This document shows positions 9,871 through 19,700 of a stretch of DNA of 64,000 nucleotides, piece by piece. Every line of letters starts with the position of its first letter. Position 1 is the first letter of the stretch. Source of the DNA: Candidatus Latescibacterota bacterium (GTDB lineage Bacteria > Latescibacterota > UBA2968 > UBA8231); the NCBI GenBank assembly GCA_964291625.2, contig OZ220089.1:2816001-2880000 (forward strand), written 5' to 3'. The translations under genes and the position numbers were made by a program. The notes below the pieces were generated by a model. It saw only the letters and a list, made by a program, of their open reading frames with translations, made no database searches and was not told where the DNA came from.

Positions 9871-10809
9871 ATGAACGCGAAAAGCCGATATGCCGCCCGG
9901 GCGGCGGGGGCCATCGGCCTCGCCGGCCTGGCCGCCCTCCTGGCCGCGGCCTGCGCCGAGCCCGACCCCGAGCCGCAGATCCAGCTCCTGCGCAGCCTGC
10001 AGTCCGAGGTCCGCGAGAAGGCGGCGGGCAAGCTCCTCCTCTACGGCGACCGCGTCGTGCCCCGCCTCATCCAGGAGACCGGCTCCTCGTACAAGCGGGT
10101 CCGCTTCGAGGTCGCCCGCCTCCTCGGCCGAATGCGCGACCCCCGGGCCACCGACGCCCTCATCCGCCTCCTCGACGACGACTCCTTCAACGTCGCCGCG
10201 TACGCCGCCTGGGGCCTGGGGGAGATGAAGGCGAAGAAGGCCCTGCCGTCGCTCCTGCGGTTCACCGAGACGCCCTCCAAGGCTCTTCGCAAGCCGGTGG
10301 TGCAGTCCCTCGGCCCCTGCTTCGACGACACCCTCCACGCCGCCCTCGGCGACTCCGTGCGCCGGGTGATCGAGCGCGCCTTCCACGACCCCGTCGCCGA
10401 CATCCGCATCGCCGCCCTCGGCAGCGCCCGCCACCTCGGGTACGAGGGCATGCTGGAGGGCTTGATCCGCCTGGCCGGAGACCGTGAGGCCAAGGTGCGC
10501 CACGTCGCCGTCCAGACCCTCGGCCAGGCCGCCATCGGCCGCGCCCCGCGCTCGCCCGGTCCGCTGGCCGGCGCCGACCGCGCCGCCGTCGAGGAGGCCC
10601 TCGTGCGGGCCCTGGGGGACTCCTACCAGAGCATCCGCACCAAGGCGGTCCGGGCCCTCGAGCAGATGGGCCCGCCGCCGTCGGCCGCCACTGGCCTGCG
10701 CCGCCTCGCCGAGAGCGGCACCGACGAGGACCGCCGCGAGGCCGGCCGCGCTCTCGACAACCTCGCCGCCGGAGCCGCGGCGCCTGCGGACGCGCAGGTC
10801 TCCGGATGA
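9871..10809 (+). CDS. HEAT-repeat lipoprotein
   Basis: Lipobox LAAAC; HEAT/PBS-lyase repeats (VRFEVARLLG, VAAYAAWGLG, VRHVAVQTLG). Confidence 0.8.
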   Translation: MNAKSRYAARAAGAIGLAGLAALLAAACAEPDPEPQIQLLRSLQSEVREKAAGKLLLYGDRVVPRLIQETGSSYKRVRFEVARLLGRMRDPRATDALIRLLDDDSFNVAAYAAWGLGEMKAKKALPSLLRFTETPSKALRKPVVQSLGPCFDDTLHAALGDSVRRVIERAFHDPVADIRIAALGSARHLGYEGMLEGLIRLAGDREAKVRHVAVQTLGQAAIGRAPRSPGPLAGADRAAVEEALVRALGDSYQSIRTKAVRALEQMGPPPSAATGLRRLAESGTDEDRREAGRALDNLAAGAAAPADAQVSG

Positions 10810-11696
10810 CGGAGTCCGCCCCCGGTCTGCGCATCGGCTTTCCCTCCGGCAGCCTGCAGCAGGCGACGATCCGGCTCTTCGAGCGCGCCGGCTACCGCAT
10901 CGACCTGCCGTCCCGCTCCTACGAGCCCGAAGTCGACGATCCCGAGCTGTCGGGGCTGATGTTCCGCGCCCAGGAGATCGCCGACTACGTCGAGCGCGGC
11001 GTCGTCGACGTGGGCATCACCGGCCACGACCTGGTCATGGAGTGCGACGCCGACGTCCACGAGATCGGCGAGCTGCGCTACGGCAAGTCCTCCTCCCGGG
11101 CCCTGCGCTGGGTCATCGCCGTGCCGGAGGACTCCTCCATCCGCTCCCTGGAGGACCTGCGCGGCAAGCGCATCGCCACCGAGCTGCCGGGCGTCACCCG
11201 CCGCTTCCTCGCCGGCCGCGGCATCGACGCCGAGATCGACTTCTCCTGGGGCACGACCGAGGTCAAGGCCGGCATCCCGGGGGTGGCCGACGCCATCGTC
11301 GACATCACCGAGACCGGCTCCTCGCTGCGCGCCAACCGCCTGCGCGTCTTGGAGGTGATGCTGGAGACGACGACCCGCTTCATCGCCAACCACGCCGCCT
11401 GGAGCGACGGCTGGAAGCGGCGCAAGGCCGAGAACCTCTTCACCCTCCTCGTCGGCGCCCTGGAGGCCGAGTCCAAGGTGGGCCTCAAGATGAACGTCCC
11501 CCGGGACCGCCTCGACGAGGTCATGCAGAACCTGCCCGCCCTGCACGCGCCCACCGTCTCCAGCCAGGCCGACGACGCCTGGGTGGCGGTGGAGATCATC
11601 GCCGCCGAGACCGTCGTCCGCGACCTGATCCCGCGGCTCAAGCGCTGCGGCGCCGAGGGCATCATCGAGTACCCCCTCAGCAAGGTCGTCTACTAG
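10806..11696 (+). CDS. hisG: ATP phosphoribosyltransferase, long form
   Basis: FRAQEIADYV, GITGHD, DAIVDITETGSSLRAN; C-terminal regulatory domain ending GAEGIIEYP. Confidence 0.96.
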   Translation: MTESAPGLRIGFPSGSLQQATIRLFERAGYRIDLPSRSYEPEVDDPELSGLMFRAQEIADYVERGVVDVGITGHDLVMECDADVHEIGELRYGKSSSRALRWVIAVPEDSSIRSLEDLRGKRIATELPGVTRRFLAGRGIDAEIDFSWGTTEVKAGIPGVADAIVDITETGSSLRANRLRVLEVMLETTTRFIANHAAWSDGWKRRKAENLFTLLVGALEAESKVGLKMNVPRDRLDEVMQNLPALHAPTVSSQADDAWVAVEIIAAETVVRDLIPRLKRCGAEGIIEYPLSKVVY

Positions 11697-11708
11697 GGGC
11701 CGCGGACC

Positions 11709-13031
11709 ATGCTCGACCTCGTCCACTACACCTCCGGCGGCCCCCTGGAGGGCCGCCTCGCCGAGGTCCTCGGCCGGCGCGGCGCCATCCCCGCCGCCAT
11801 CGAAGAGACCGCCGCCGCCATCGTCGCCGCCGTGCGCGACCGCGGCGACGAGGCGGTGGCCGAGTACACCGTCCGCTTCGACGGCGTCCGCCTCACGCCG
11901 GGCCGCTTCCGCGTGCCCCAGAAGGCCCTGCAGGACGCCCTGAACTCCGCCGATCCCGCCCTCATGGGCGCCATCGAGCGCGCCGCCGCCAACATCCGCT
12001 CCTACCACGAGGCCCAGAAGGCCGACACCTGGTTCCGCGACGACGGCGACGGCGTCGTCCTCGGCCGGCGCATCACGCCCCTGCGCCGCGTCGGCATCTG
12101 CGTCCCCGGCGGCGAGGCGCCCCTCATCTCCAGCCTCCTCATGGCCGCCGTCCCCGCCCGGGTCGCCGGCGTCGACGAGATCTGCGTCGTCACCCCGCCC
12201 CGCCCCTCCGGCCTGCCCCACCCCGGACTGCTGGCCGCCGCCGGCTTCCTCGGCCTCGACGAGGTCTACGCCATCGGCGGCGCCCAGGCGGTGGCCGCCC
12301 TGGCCCACGGCACCGGCACCGTCCCCGCCGTCGACAAGATCGTCGGCCCCGGCGGCCCCTACACGGTCGCCGCCAAGCGCCAGGTCTACGGCCTCGTCGG
12401 CATCGAGATGGTCCCCGGCCCGTCGGAGATCGCCGTGCTGGCCGACGACACCGCATCTCCCGCCTTCATCGCCGCCGACCTGCTCTCCCAGGCCGAGCAC
12501 GGGTCCGGCTTCGAGGCCGTCGTCTGCATCACCACCAGCCGGGAGCTGGCCCGGGCCGTCCAGGGCGAGGTCGAACGCCAGATGGCTGACCTGCCCCGCG
12601 CCGAGGCCGCCGCCCGCGCCCTCTCCCGCTACGGCGTCGCCGTCACCGTTCCCGACCTCGAGACCGGCGTCGAGCTGGTGAACCGCCTCGCCCCCGAGCA
12701 CCTGGAGCTTCTCGTCGCCGAGCCCTGGGAGTGGCTCGAGCGCGTCCGCAACGCCGGCGCCGTCTTCCTCGGCGAGGCATCCACCGAGCCGGTGGGCGAC
12801 TACTACGCCGGCACCAACCACGTCCTGCCCACCAACGGCGCCGCCCGGTTCTCCTCCTCCCTCGGCCTCGCCGACTTCGTCAAGGCCACCAGCGTCGTCG
12901 CCTACACGCCCCGGCGCCTGCGCGCCGCCGCCGCCGACATCACCCGCCTGGCGCGCGCCGAAGGCCTGGAGGCCCACGCCCGCGCCGTCGAGGTCCGGCT
13001 CGGAGCGTGGGGCGAGGAGGGCTCGCCGTGA
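11709..13031 (+). CDS. hisD: Histidinol dehydrogenase
   Basis: GGAQAVAALAHG, DKIVGPG, DLLSQAEH, APEHLEL, GDYYAGTNHVLPT. Confidence 0.97.
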   Translation: MLDLVHYTSGGPLEGRLAEVLGRRGAIPAAIEETAAAIVAAVRDRGDEAVAEYTVRFDGVRLTPGRFRVPQKALQDALNSADPALMGAIERAAANIRSYHEAQKADTWFRDDGDGVVLGRRITPLRRVGICVPGGEAPLISSLLMAAVPARVAGVDEICVVTPPRPSGLPHPGLLAAAGFLGLDEVYAIGGAQAVAALAHGTGTVPAVDKIVGPGGPYTVAAKRQVYGLVGIEMVPGPSEIAVLADDTASPAFIAADLLSQAEHGSGFEAVVCITTSRELARAVQGEVERQMADLPRAEAAARALSRYGVAVTVPDLETGVELVNRLAPEHLELLVAEPWEWLERVRNAGAVFLGEASTEPVGDYYAGTNHVLPTNGAARFSSSLGLADFVKATSVVAYTPRRLRAAAADITRLARAEGLEAHARAVEVRLGAWGEEGSP

Positions 13032-13621
13032 GCGGCGCCCGCAGCGCCCGCGTCGAGCGCCGCACCTCCGAGACCGAGATCGACCTCACCCTCGTCCTCG
13101 ACGGCTCCGGACGCTGCGAGGCCAGCACCGGCGTCGGCTTCTTCGACCACATGCTCCACGCCTTCACCCGCCACGGCCTCTTCGACCTCACCCTCACCTG
13201 CCGCGGCGATCTCGACGTCGACGCCCACCACAGCGTCGAGGACGTGGGCATCTGCCTGGGGCAGGCCCTGGGCGAGGCCCTCGGCGACAAGGCCGGCATC
13301 CAGCGCTTCGGCCACGCCTACGTCCCCATGGACGACGCTCTCGCCCGGGCCGTGGTCGACCTCTCCGGGCGCTCCTACCTGGCCGTCAACGCCGCCTTCC
13401 GCGACGGCTCGGTGGGCGGTCTGCCCGTGGCCCTCGTCCCCGAGTTCCTGCGCGCCTTCGTCGACCACGGGCGCCTGAACCTGCACGTCGACCTGCTCCG
13501 CGGCGCCGACGACCACCACGGCATCGAGGCGATCTTCAAGGCCCTGGGCCGCGCCCTCGACATGGCCGCCCTGCGCTCCGACCGCGTCTCCGGCGTGCCC
13601 TCCACCAAGGGCACCCTGTAG
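13028..13621 (+). CDS. hisB: Imidazoleglycerol-phosphate dehydratase (monofunctional)
   Basis: RRTSET, GFFDHML, DAHHSVEDVGI, DHHGIEAIFKA, PSTKGTL; GTGA overlap with hisD. Confidence 0.97.
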   Translation: MSGARSARVERRTSETEIDLTLVLDGSGRCEASTGVGFFDHMLHAFTRHGLFDLTLTCRGDLDVDAHHSVEDVGICLGQALGEALGDKAGIQRFGHAYVPMDDALARAVVDLSGRSYLAVNAAFRDGSVGGLPVALVPEFLRAFVDHGRLNLHVDLLRGADDHHGIEAIFKALGRALDMAALRSDRVSGVPSTKGTL

Positions 13622-13634
13622 GCCCGGCTATTCA

Positions 13635-13663
13635 TTGCGGCAAGGAAGCCCCGGGAGTATCAT
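13635..13663 (+). promoter_or_regulatory. Putative sigma70 promoter of the small ORF
   Basis: TTGCGG-17 bp-TATCAT, followed by GGAG and ATG at 13680. Confidence 0.5.
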
Positions 13664-13679
13664 CGACCATGGAGTGGAC

Positions 13680-13886
13680 ATGACCGGTGTAATGACCCAG
13701 TGGATGAAGGACAGGCTGGAGCGCAAGCGCGAAGAGGTGCGGCAGCAGGCCTTGCGGGAAGGCCGTGAGGAGGGCCGTGAGGAGGGCCGGCTGAAGGCCT
13801 GCAGGGAGGCCAACGCCTGGGCGAGGAAGCAGGGGCTGAATCCCCCGTTCCCGGACTTGGAGGACGATTCCTCCGGCGACGGATAG
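13680..13886 (+). CDS. Small hypothetical protein (68 aa) with EGREEG repeats
   Basis: SD GGAG 13671-13674; MTGVMTQWMKDRLERKREE...EGREEGREEGR...NPPFPD; tandem 12-bp units GGCCGTGAGGAG. Confidence 0.65.
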   Translation: MTGVMTQWMKDRLERKREEVRQQALREGREEGREEGRLKACREANAWARKQGLNPPFPDLEDDSSGDG

Positions 13887-14032
13887 CGGGGCGGAATCTG
13901 GCGCGGCCCGGGCGGCCGACGCCTGGGGTTCACTGCCGATGAGCCAGCAGTAGCAGGGTTCTGCGCGGCACCCTGTAAGCCGCCCGTCGGCACCACCCGG
14001 AGGGCGGCTCATTCATTCCCACAAGGCACACC

Positions 14033-16603
14033 ATGGGCAAGCAGGACCGCAGGCGCGACCATCGCCGCAAGGCGGACCCCCGGCCGAAGGCTGACTCCGC
14101 TGCCCCCGCGCCCGCCGCCCCCGCGCCCGCGCCCGCCGCCCCCGCCGCCGCCCTCGGGCGGTACATCGCCCGCCCCTGGTTCGCCCCCGCCCTCTTCGCG
14201 CTGGTGGCCCTCGTCTACTTCTGGGAGTTCCCTCTCAGCGGCAAGGTCGTCTTCGGCCACGACGTGGGGCTCGACTTCCACCGCGGCAAGGCGCCGGTGG
14301 CGGAGAAGCTGCGCGACCTCGTGCCCCCGGCCTGGTCGCCCATCATGGGCGGCTACCCCGTCTCCGAGGAGATCCGCCACAAGTTCTTCCCCACCTACCT
14401 CATCGAGCTGTTCACCACCCACCAGCGCGCCGTCGGCTGGCGCTACATCCTCGTCGTCTTCGCCGCCGGCTACGGCATGTTCCTCTACCTGCGGCAGGTC
14501 GGCGTCCATCGCTGGTCCGCGCTGTGGGGCGGCCTCGCCTTCCTCTCGGCGCCCACCTTCCTCAGCTTCCCGTACGCCGGCCACTACGCCAAGATGTCGG
14601 TCATCGCCCTCTTTCCCTTCCTCCTCCTCTGCGTCGAGCGCGGCATGGACGGGGGCCGGCAGGCCCTCGGCTCGTGGGCCGCCCTCCCCGTCCTCATCGC
14701 CATCGGCATCTTCACCCCCCACCTGCAGATGATGCAGTACGCCCTCCTGGGCACCGGATGCTATTCCATCTATAAGCTCGTCCACCTGCGCCTGCGGGGT
14801 CTGACCCTCCCCCGCCTGGCGGAGCGCGCCGGCCTCTTCGCCGCCGCCGCCGCCCTCGGCCTCGGCCTCGCCGCCGAGGGCGTCTATCCGCCCTACCTGC
14901 ACGTCAAGACCGAGTCCAAGCGCGCCGCCGTCCACGACGGCACCGGCCGCACTCCCGACGAGCAGCTCGCCCACGCCCGCAGCTGGTCCCTCCACCCGGA
15001 GGAGATCGCCTCCCTCGTCGTCCCCGAGTTCGGCGGCTTCGACGATCCCACCGACCAGCGGAACCGCTACTGGGGCCGCAACCCCATGAAGCTCAACTCC
15101 GAGTACTTCGGCATCCTCGTCCTCCTCCTCGCCCTCGCCGCGGTCCCCGGCGCCCGGGCCAGCCCCCTCGTCCTCTTCCTCGGCCTCCTCTTCGCCGCCG
15201 CCGCCGCCTTCACCCTCGGCGGCCACACCCCCGTCCACTGGATCGCCTACCACCTCCTGCCCGGCGGCAAGGAGCTGCGCACCATCGGCATGGCCGCCTT
15301 CCTCTTCGCCTTTCCCGCCGTCGCCCTCGCCGCCCTTGGCCTCGGCCGCGTCCTGCGCCCCGGCGGCGACGCGCCCATCCTCTCGCGCCGCATCCTCGTC
15401 GCGGGCGCCGTCCTCACCAGCCTCTGCCTCGTCATGGCTCTCGCGCCGCGCCTGGTCACCGAGGCCTGGACCGCCCTCCTCTGGTCCGACGCCCCGGAGT
15501 ACCGCCGCCGCGCCATGACCGCCGCCGCCCCCTGGCTCGCCCGCGGGGGCCTCATCGGCGCCGGCGTCTGCGCCGCCGGCACCGCCCTCCTCCTGCTCCA
15601 TCTGCGCAGCCGCGTCGGCGCCGGCCTCCTCGTCCTCGGCCTCTGCGCCCTCACCGTGGCCGACACCTGGCGCATCGACCGCCTCTTCCTCAAGTACGAG
15701 GACCCGGACCGCCACGCCGACTACCGCCAGGCCAACCCCGACGTGCGCGCCTTCCTGAAGCGGCAGCCCGGCCGCTTCCGCCTTTTCCCCGTGCCCGGCC
15801 ACGGCTTCCTCAGGGACGCGCGCTACCACCTCGACGGCGCCGACGTGGCCACCGGCTTCGCCAACTTCACCCTGCGCCGCTACGACCGTCTGCTCCAGGA
15901 GCTGGCGCCCGTCGAGAGCGTGCTGCGCGCCCGCCACGCGAAGAGCCGCGAGGTGCGCTGGACCGACGGCCAGATCCTCGGCGCCGCGCGCCCGATCCTC
16001 GATCTCATGGGCGCCCGCTTCCTCGTCACGCCGCGCGCCGTCGAGCTGCGCGCCGAGGCCTTCCCCGAGGTCTTCGCCGGCCGTGAGCTGCGCCTCTACG
16101 CCAACGAGACGGCCCTGCCGCGGTTCCACCTGGCTCCCCACGCCGAGGTCCTGCCCGGCGAGGAGGAGGTCCTGACCGCCCTGCGCGAGGGCCGCTACGA
16201 CCTGCGCCGCACCGTGTTGCTGGAGGAGCCGCCGCCCATCGACCTGCCCGGCCCCGGGGCCGATCTGGGCGGCGACCGCGTGACCGAGGAGCTCTACGAC
16301 TACCGCGAAGGGATCGTGCGCCTGCGCGTATCCGCCGCGGGCCCCCGCCTGCTCGTGGTGGCCGACAACTACCATCCCCACTGGCGGGCCCTCGTCGACG
16401 GCCGGCCTGCCCCCCTGCTGCGCGCCGATTACGTCTGGAAGGCGGTCCCCGTGCCGGCGGGCGAGAGCGTGGTGGAGCTGCTCTACCGCTCGCCCCCCGT
16501 GGCCCGGGCCCGCGCCGTCGGCGCCGCCAGCGCCGTCATCGTCCTGGCCGGGGCGGTCGTGGCCCTGCGCCGGCACCGGTTCCGAAGTGGGGTTGGGGGT
16601 TGA
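14033..16603 (+). CDS. YfhO-family polytopic membrane protein (GT-C-like glycosyltransferase)
   Basis: WSPIMGGYP, WSLHPEE, many TM helices; C-terminal LVVADNYHPHWRALVDG...ADYVWKAVPVPAGESVVELLY. Confidence 0.85.
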   Translation: MGKQDRRRDHRRKADPRPKADSAAPAPAAPAPAPAAPAAALGRYIARPWFAPALFALVALVYFWEFPLSGKVVFGHDVGLDFHRGKAPVAEKLRDLVPPAWSPIMGGYPVSEEIRHKFFPTYLIELFTTHQRAVGWRYILVVFAAGYGMFLYLRQVGVHRWSALWGGLAFLSAPTFLSFPYAGHYAKMSVIALFPFLLLCVERGMDGGRQALGSWAALPVLIAIGIFTPHLQMMQYALLGTGCYSIYKLVHLRLRGLTLPRLAERAGLFAAAAALGLGLAAEGVYPPYLHVKTESKRAAVHDGTGRTPDEQLAHARSWSLHPEEIASLVVPEFGGFDDPTDQRNRYWGRNPMKLNSEYFGILVLLLALAAVPGARASPLVLFLGLLFAAAAAFTLGGHTPVHWIAYHLLPGGKELRTIGMAAFLFAFPAVALAALGLGRVLRPGGDAPILSRRILVAGAVLTSLCLVMALAPRLVTEAWTALLWSDAPEYRRRAMTAAAPWLARGGLIGAGVCAAGTALLLLHLRSRVGAGLLVLGLCALTVADTWRIDRLFLKYEDPDRHADYRQANPDVRAFLKRQPGRFRLFPVPGHGFLRDARYHLDGADVATGFANFTLRRYDRLLQELAPVESVLRARHAKSREVRWTDGQILGAARPILDLMGARFLVTPRAVELRAEAFPEVFAGRELRLYANETALPRFHLAPHAEVLPGEEEVLTALREGRYDLRRTVLLEEPPPIDLPGPGADLGGDRVTEELYDYREGIVRLRVSAAGPRLLVVADNYHPHWRALVDGRPAPLLRADYVWKAVPVPAGESVVELLYRSPPVARARAVGAASAVIVLAGAVVALRRHRFRSGVGG

Positions 16604-16670
16604 ACCCGGGGCCGATGTACCCTACCTTTGAAACTCTTGGGCCGGTACCCCCGCCAGACCAAGAATTCGC

Positions 16671-16700
16671 TTGACACCCCATAGGAGCCGGTGATATTAT
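16671..16700 (+). promoter_or_regulatory. Strong sigma70 promoter with extended -10
   Basis: TTGACA (16671-16676), 18 bp, TG-A-TATTAT (16692-16700). Confidence 0.75.
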
Positions 16701-16788
16701 GGAGCGAATACTCACTGAATCCCCGCATTACGTCAGAACTTTTCTGCAGAAACCAGGACAGGGACCGGGCTCCCTGAGGAGGAAGAAG

Positions 16789-19700
16789 ATGCAGCGCAGG
16801 AATTACGCAGCCCTTTTCGCCGCGCTGGTGATCGGCTTCGGGGCCATCGACGCCCACGCGGCGGAGGTGCTCAGCGTCACCATCGACGCACCTGCCGACT
16901 CCGGCACCGTCCTCGGCATCGACGGTGCCTTCACGGTGACGGCCATCGTCGAGGACTACACGGCCTTCGACGGAGACGGCGTGATCATCGCCCTGGTCTC
17001 CGGCTCCGGCACGGACGGCGCCCTCGAGATCGTGGGTGACGGCACGACGGGCGGTGGCAAGACCACGGACCCGGTGACCGCTCAGGTGGTCGACCACCCA
17101 ACCGACACCCAGATAAATGCCGGTCGGACCGGTGCTGACTTGGGTGTGCAGGGCGGCGCTGGCATCGTTGCCGTCCGTATCCAGAGGCAGTACGGGAATA
17201 CGGACTCGGCGCACCACATCGGTGGCGACGCCACCTCCGTCAGGGTCGATCCCAACCAGGAGCAGGTGACCTACGTCTGGAACAGCAAGATTCACGTCTC
17301 CAGCACCGAGGCGAAGGAGATCCGGGCCATCGCGGTGGCCGTCGACCAGACTAGTTCGACTGCGACTCCCGCCGTCACGACGGCTGATGCGAATACCCCC
17401 AACGCGGCCATGTCCTCCGATGCTCCGGGCAACGTGCAGTTCGACTTCGACGCCGAGCGCCCCGTTCCGCTGACTGGCCTGATCAACGTCGGAACTTCGG
17501 GCGACCTGCCTACGGTTGTGCTGAGCGACGACGGAGTCGGCGATGTCGTCAGGACCGAGGTGGCCGGCATCGGGGACCAGTTGCGCTTCGACGTCGTCGT
17601 GGGTCCCGCCAATATGCGCCTCCTCACCCGGCAGAACCACTCGGTCGTCCTCGGGATCAACGACCACACGGGCAAGGAGCTCAAGGCCTACCCGGTTTCC
17701 CTTGAGGGGCGTCGGGCAGACACCCTGCAGGTGCGGCAGAACATCGGCGAGGGCGACTTCGGCGATCTGGTCGGCGCCCAGGACGCCGCCACCACCGATC
17801 ATGTGCAGCAGTTGAGCGCTCCTCCAGTGGCGCGGAACTCAGCCACGGCCTACCTCGTCGATCCGCTGGGCAACCGCAGCAGGGATGTCGGCCAGACTGT
17901 GGACTGGGCGAGTGATACGGACCAGGTAGGTGGTCCCGACGCCGACATCCCCCACCTCCTCGACGCCAAGAAGCCCGTCATCGACGGTGTCAGCGGCAAG
18001 GATTTCGTCGCCACCGGCGGCGACACCTTGGAGATCGCCAGTCCTGACACCGTCACCGACGGCACCCAGAATGATGGCATCGACGTCAATCCCGACCCCG
18101 TGTCGGACGACCTGAACCCGATCGTCTACAAGCTCCACGAGAAGCTCAGCGCCTTGAACATCGACATCGGCGGCGTCGTCCTGAAGGTCACCAACAAGGA
18201 GACTGCGGTAAACCAGTGGGAGATCGACGACTCTGACAACGTGGTTGAGTCGATGGCGGGTGATCCTCTCGCCGTCGTCCCGGATACGGTGCTGACAGAC
18301 AGCGACGATGCCCTGAACAACGCCAAGGACGACCGGGTTCGTCTCATCTTCTCGGTCGGAGACGATCACAAGGTTGCCTCCATTGAAACCCAGAACCTCG
18401 GGGGCACGGCGGATGCTCGCGATCAGCAGGGTGCCACGGTGCTTCGGCCCGCCGCCCTCCCGACCGGTGATCTGAAGACGGGCCTCAAGACGATCAAGGT
18501 TTCGGGCACAGACTACGCCGGCAACACCGGCCCGGCGGCCGAGCGCGCGGACGTCTACGTCGACGTCGACAATCTCGCGTTCAATGGCCTCTTCCCCCAT
18601 TCCGATGATGTGACCACCATCGAGGAGATGAGCACCTCGGACGTGCGGTTCGCTCTCAGCGAACACGCCGACAGCGTCCTGATCTCCTACATCTACCGGA
18701 GCGGACCGGACAGGCTCAGGCCGGGCGAGGCCAAGACAAGGGCCCTCGTAGGTGGCGAGTTGCTGGACTTGGATGAGCAGGTCATTCCCGCCACCGAGTT
18801 CATCCACGCTGGCAGGAGTGACACTGGTCTCGTTGACGACTCCAAGTACCAGTTGACCCTCCTCGGCGCCGACTTGGCTGGCAACTACAGCCTCACCGAC
18901 GCCGGCGTGATGACCTACGACACCAACTACGTGGTGCCGCCGATCAACTATTTCACCGTCTCTTCCAATCCGCCCGGCGGGACCAGGACCGACGGCAAGA
19001 ACGCCGACGGCACCGACAGCGGTAAGTGCAAGCTCGCTGGTTGCGGTCAGGTAGCGGCCCACAAGGATCCGCAGTTCACCGTCACGGTGAACGCCTGGAA
19101 CAAGGACAAGGTGGCGGCCCTCGCCTACGGCAAGGTGAACTACAACAACGACGCGGTCGTGACGCTCTCCGGCGGCTCTGGTGAAGGTCTGACTCTGTCG
19201 GGCAAGGGTGTGGTCACGGAGGGCATGCCCTCAGGCGTGGCCCGTCTCACGAGTGACGCCTGGGGCGTCGGCAGGATCGGAGATGTGATCTCCTGGAAGG
19301 CCGACGTCAAGGTGAATGCCAAGAAGGCTCCTGAGACTCATTCGGTGAAGGTTGAGGATCTCACCAGTGATCCCGACACTTCCTTCGTCGGCAAGCTCGA
19401 CTCGGTCCTGGTGATCAAGGACGCCGGCTACAACAAGATAGAGGTGACGGTCAACGACACGGTTCACCTTCACTCCCAGTTCAGGGTCGACCTGAGGTAC
19501 ATCGACGCCTTTGGCAACACGGCTACCAACGCCGACAACTACGTGGAGATCGGCACTTCGGTTCTCGGAGTGGAGGTGCCGCAGGGCGCGGTTGAGGTCA
19601 AGGATGGCGCGGCCTCCTTCTTCGCCCGCAGCAACGAGCATCTGGGTGACTTGTCATTCACGGTGCGGAATGTCACAGGTGGAGTCACCACCGTCGTAAG

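Noticed and set aside
13895-13930. CTGGCG...GCCGACGCCTGGG resembling a ZTP (pfl) riboswitch near his genes
   Set aside because: Too short; the P1/P2 elements are missing and the downstream gene is unrelated
13934-14015. Hammerhead or twister-sister ribozyme resemblance (CCGATGAG; TGTAAGCC...GCTCA)
   Set aside because: No CUGAUGA/GAAA core, and the TGTAAGC loop is not closed by the required stem
16699-16788. Upstream ATG start for the large surface protein
   Set aside because: It overlaps the -10 box; ATG 16789 has a strong SD and begins the signal peptide
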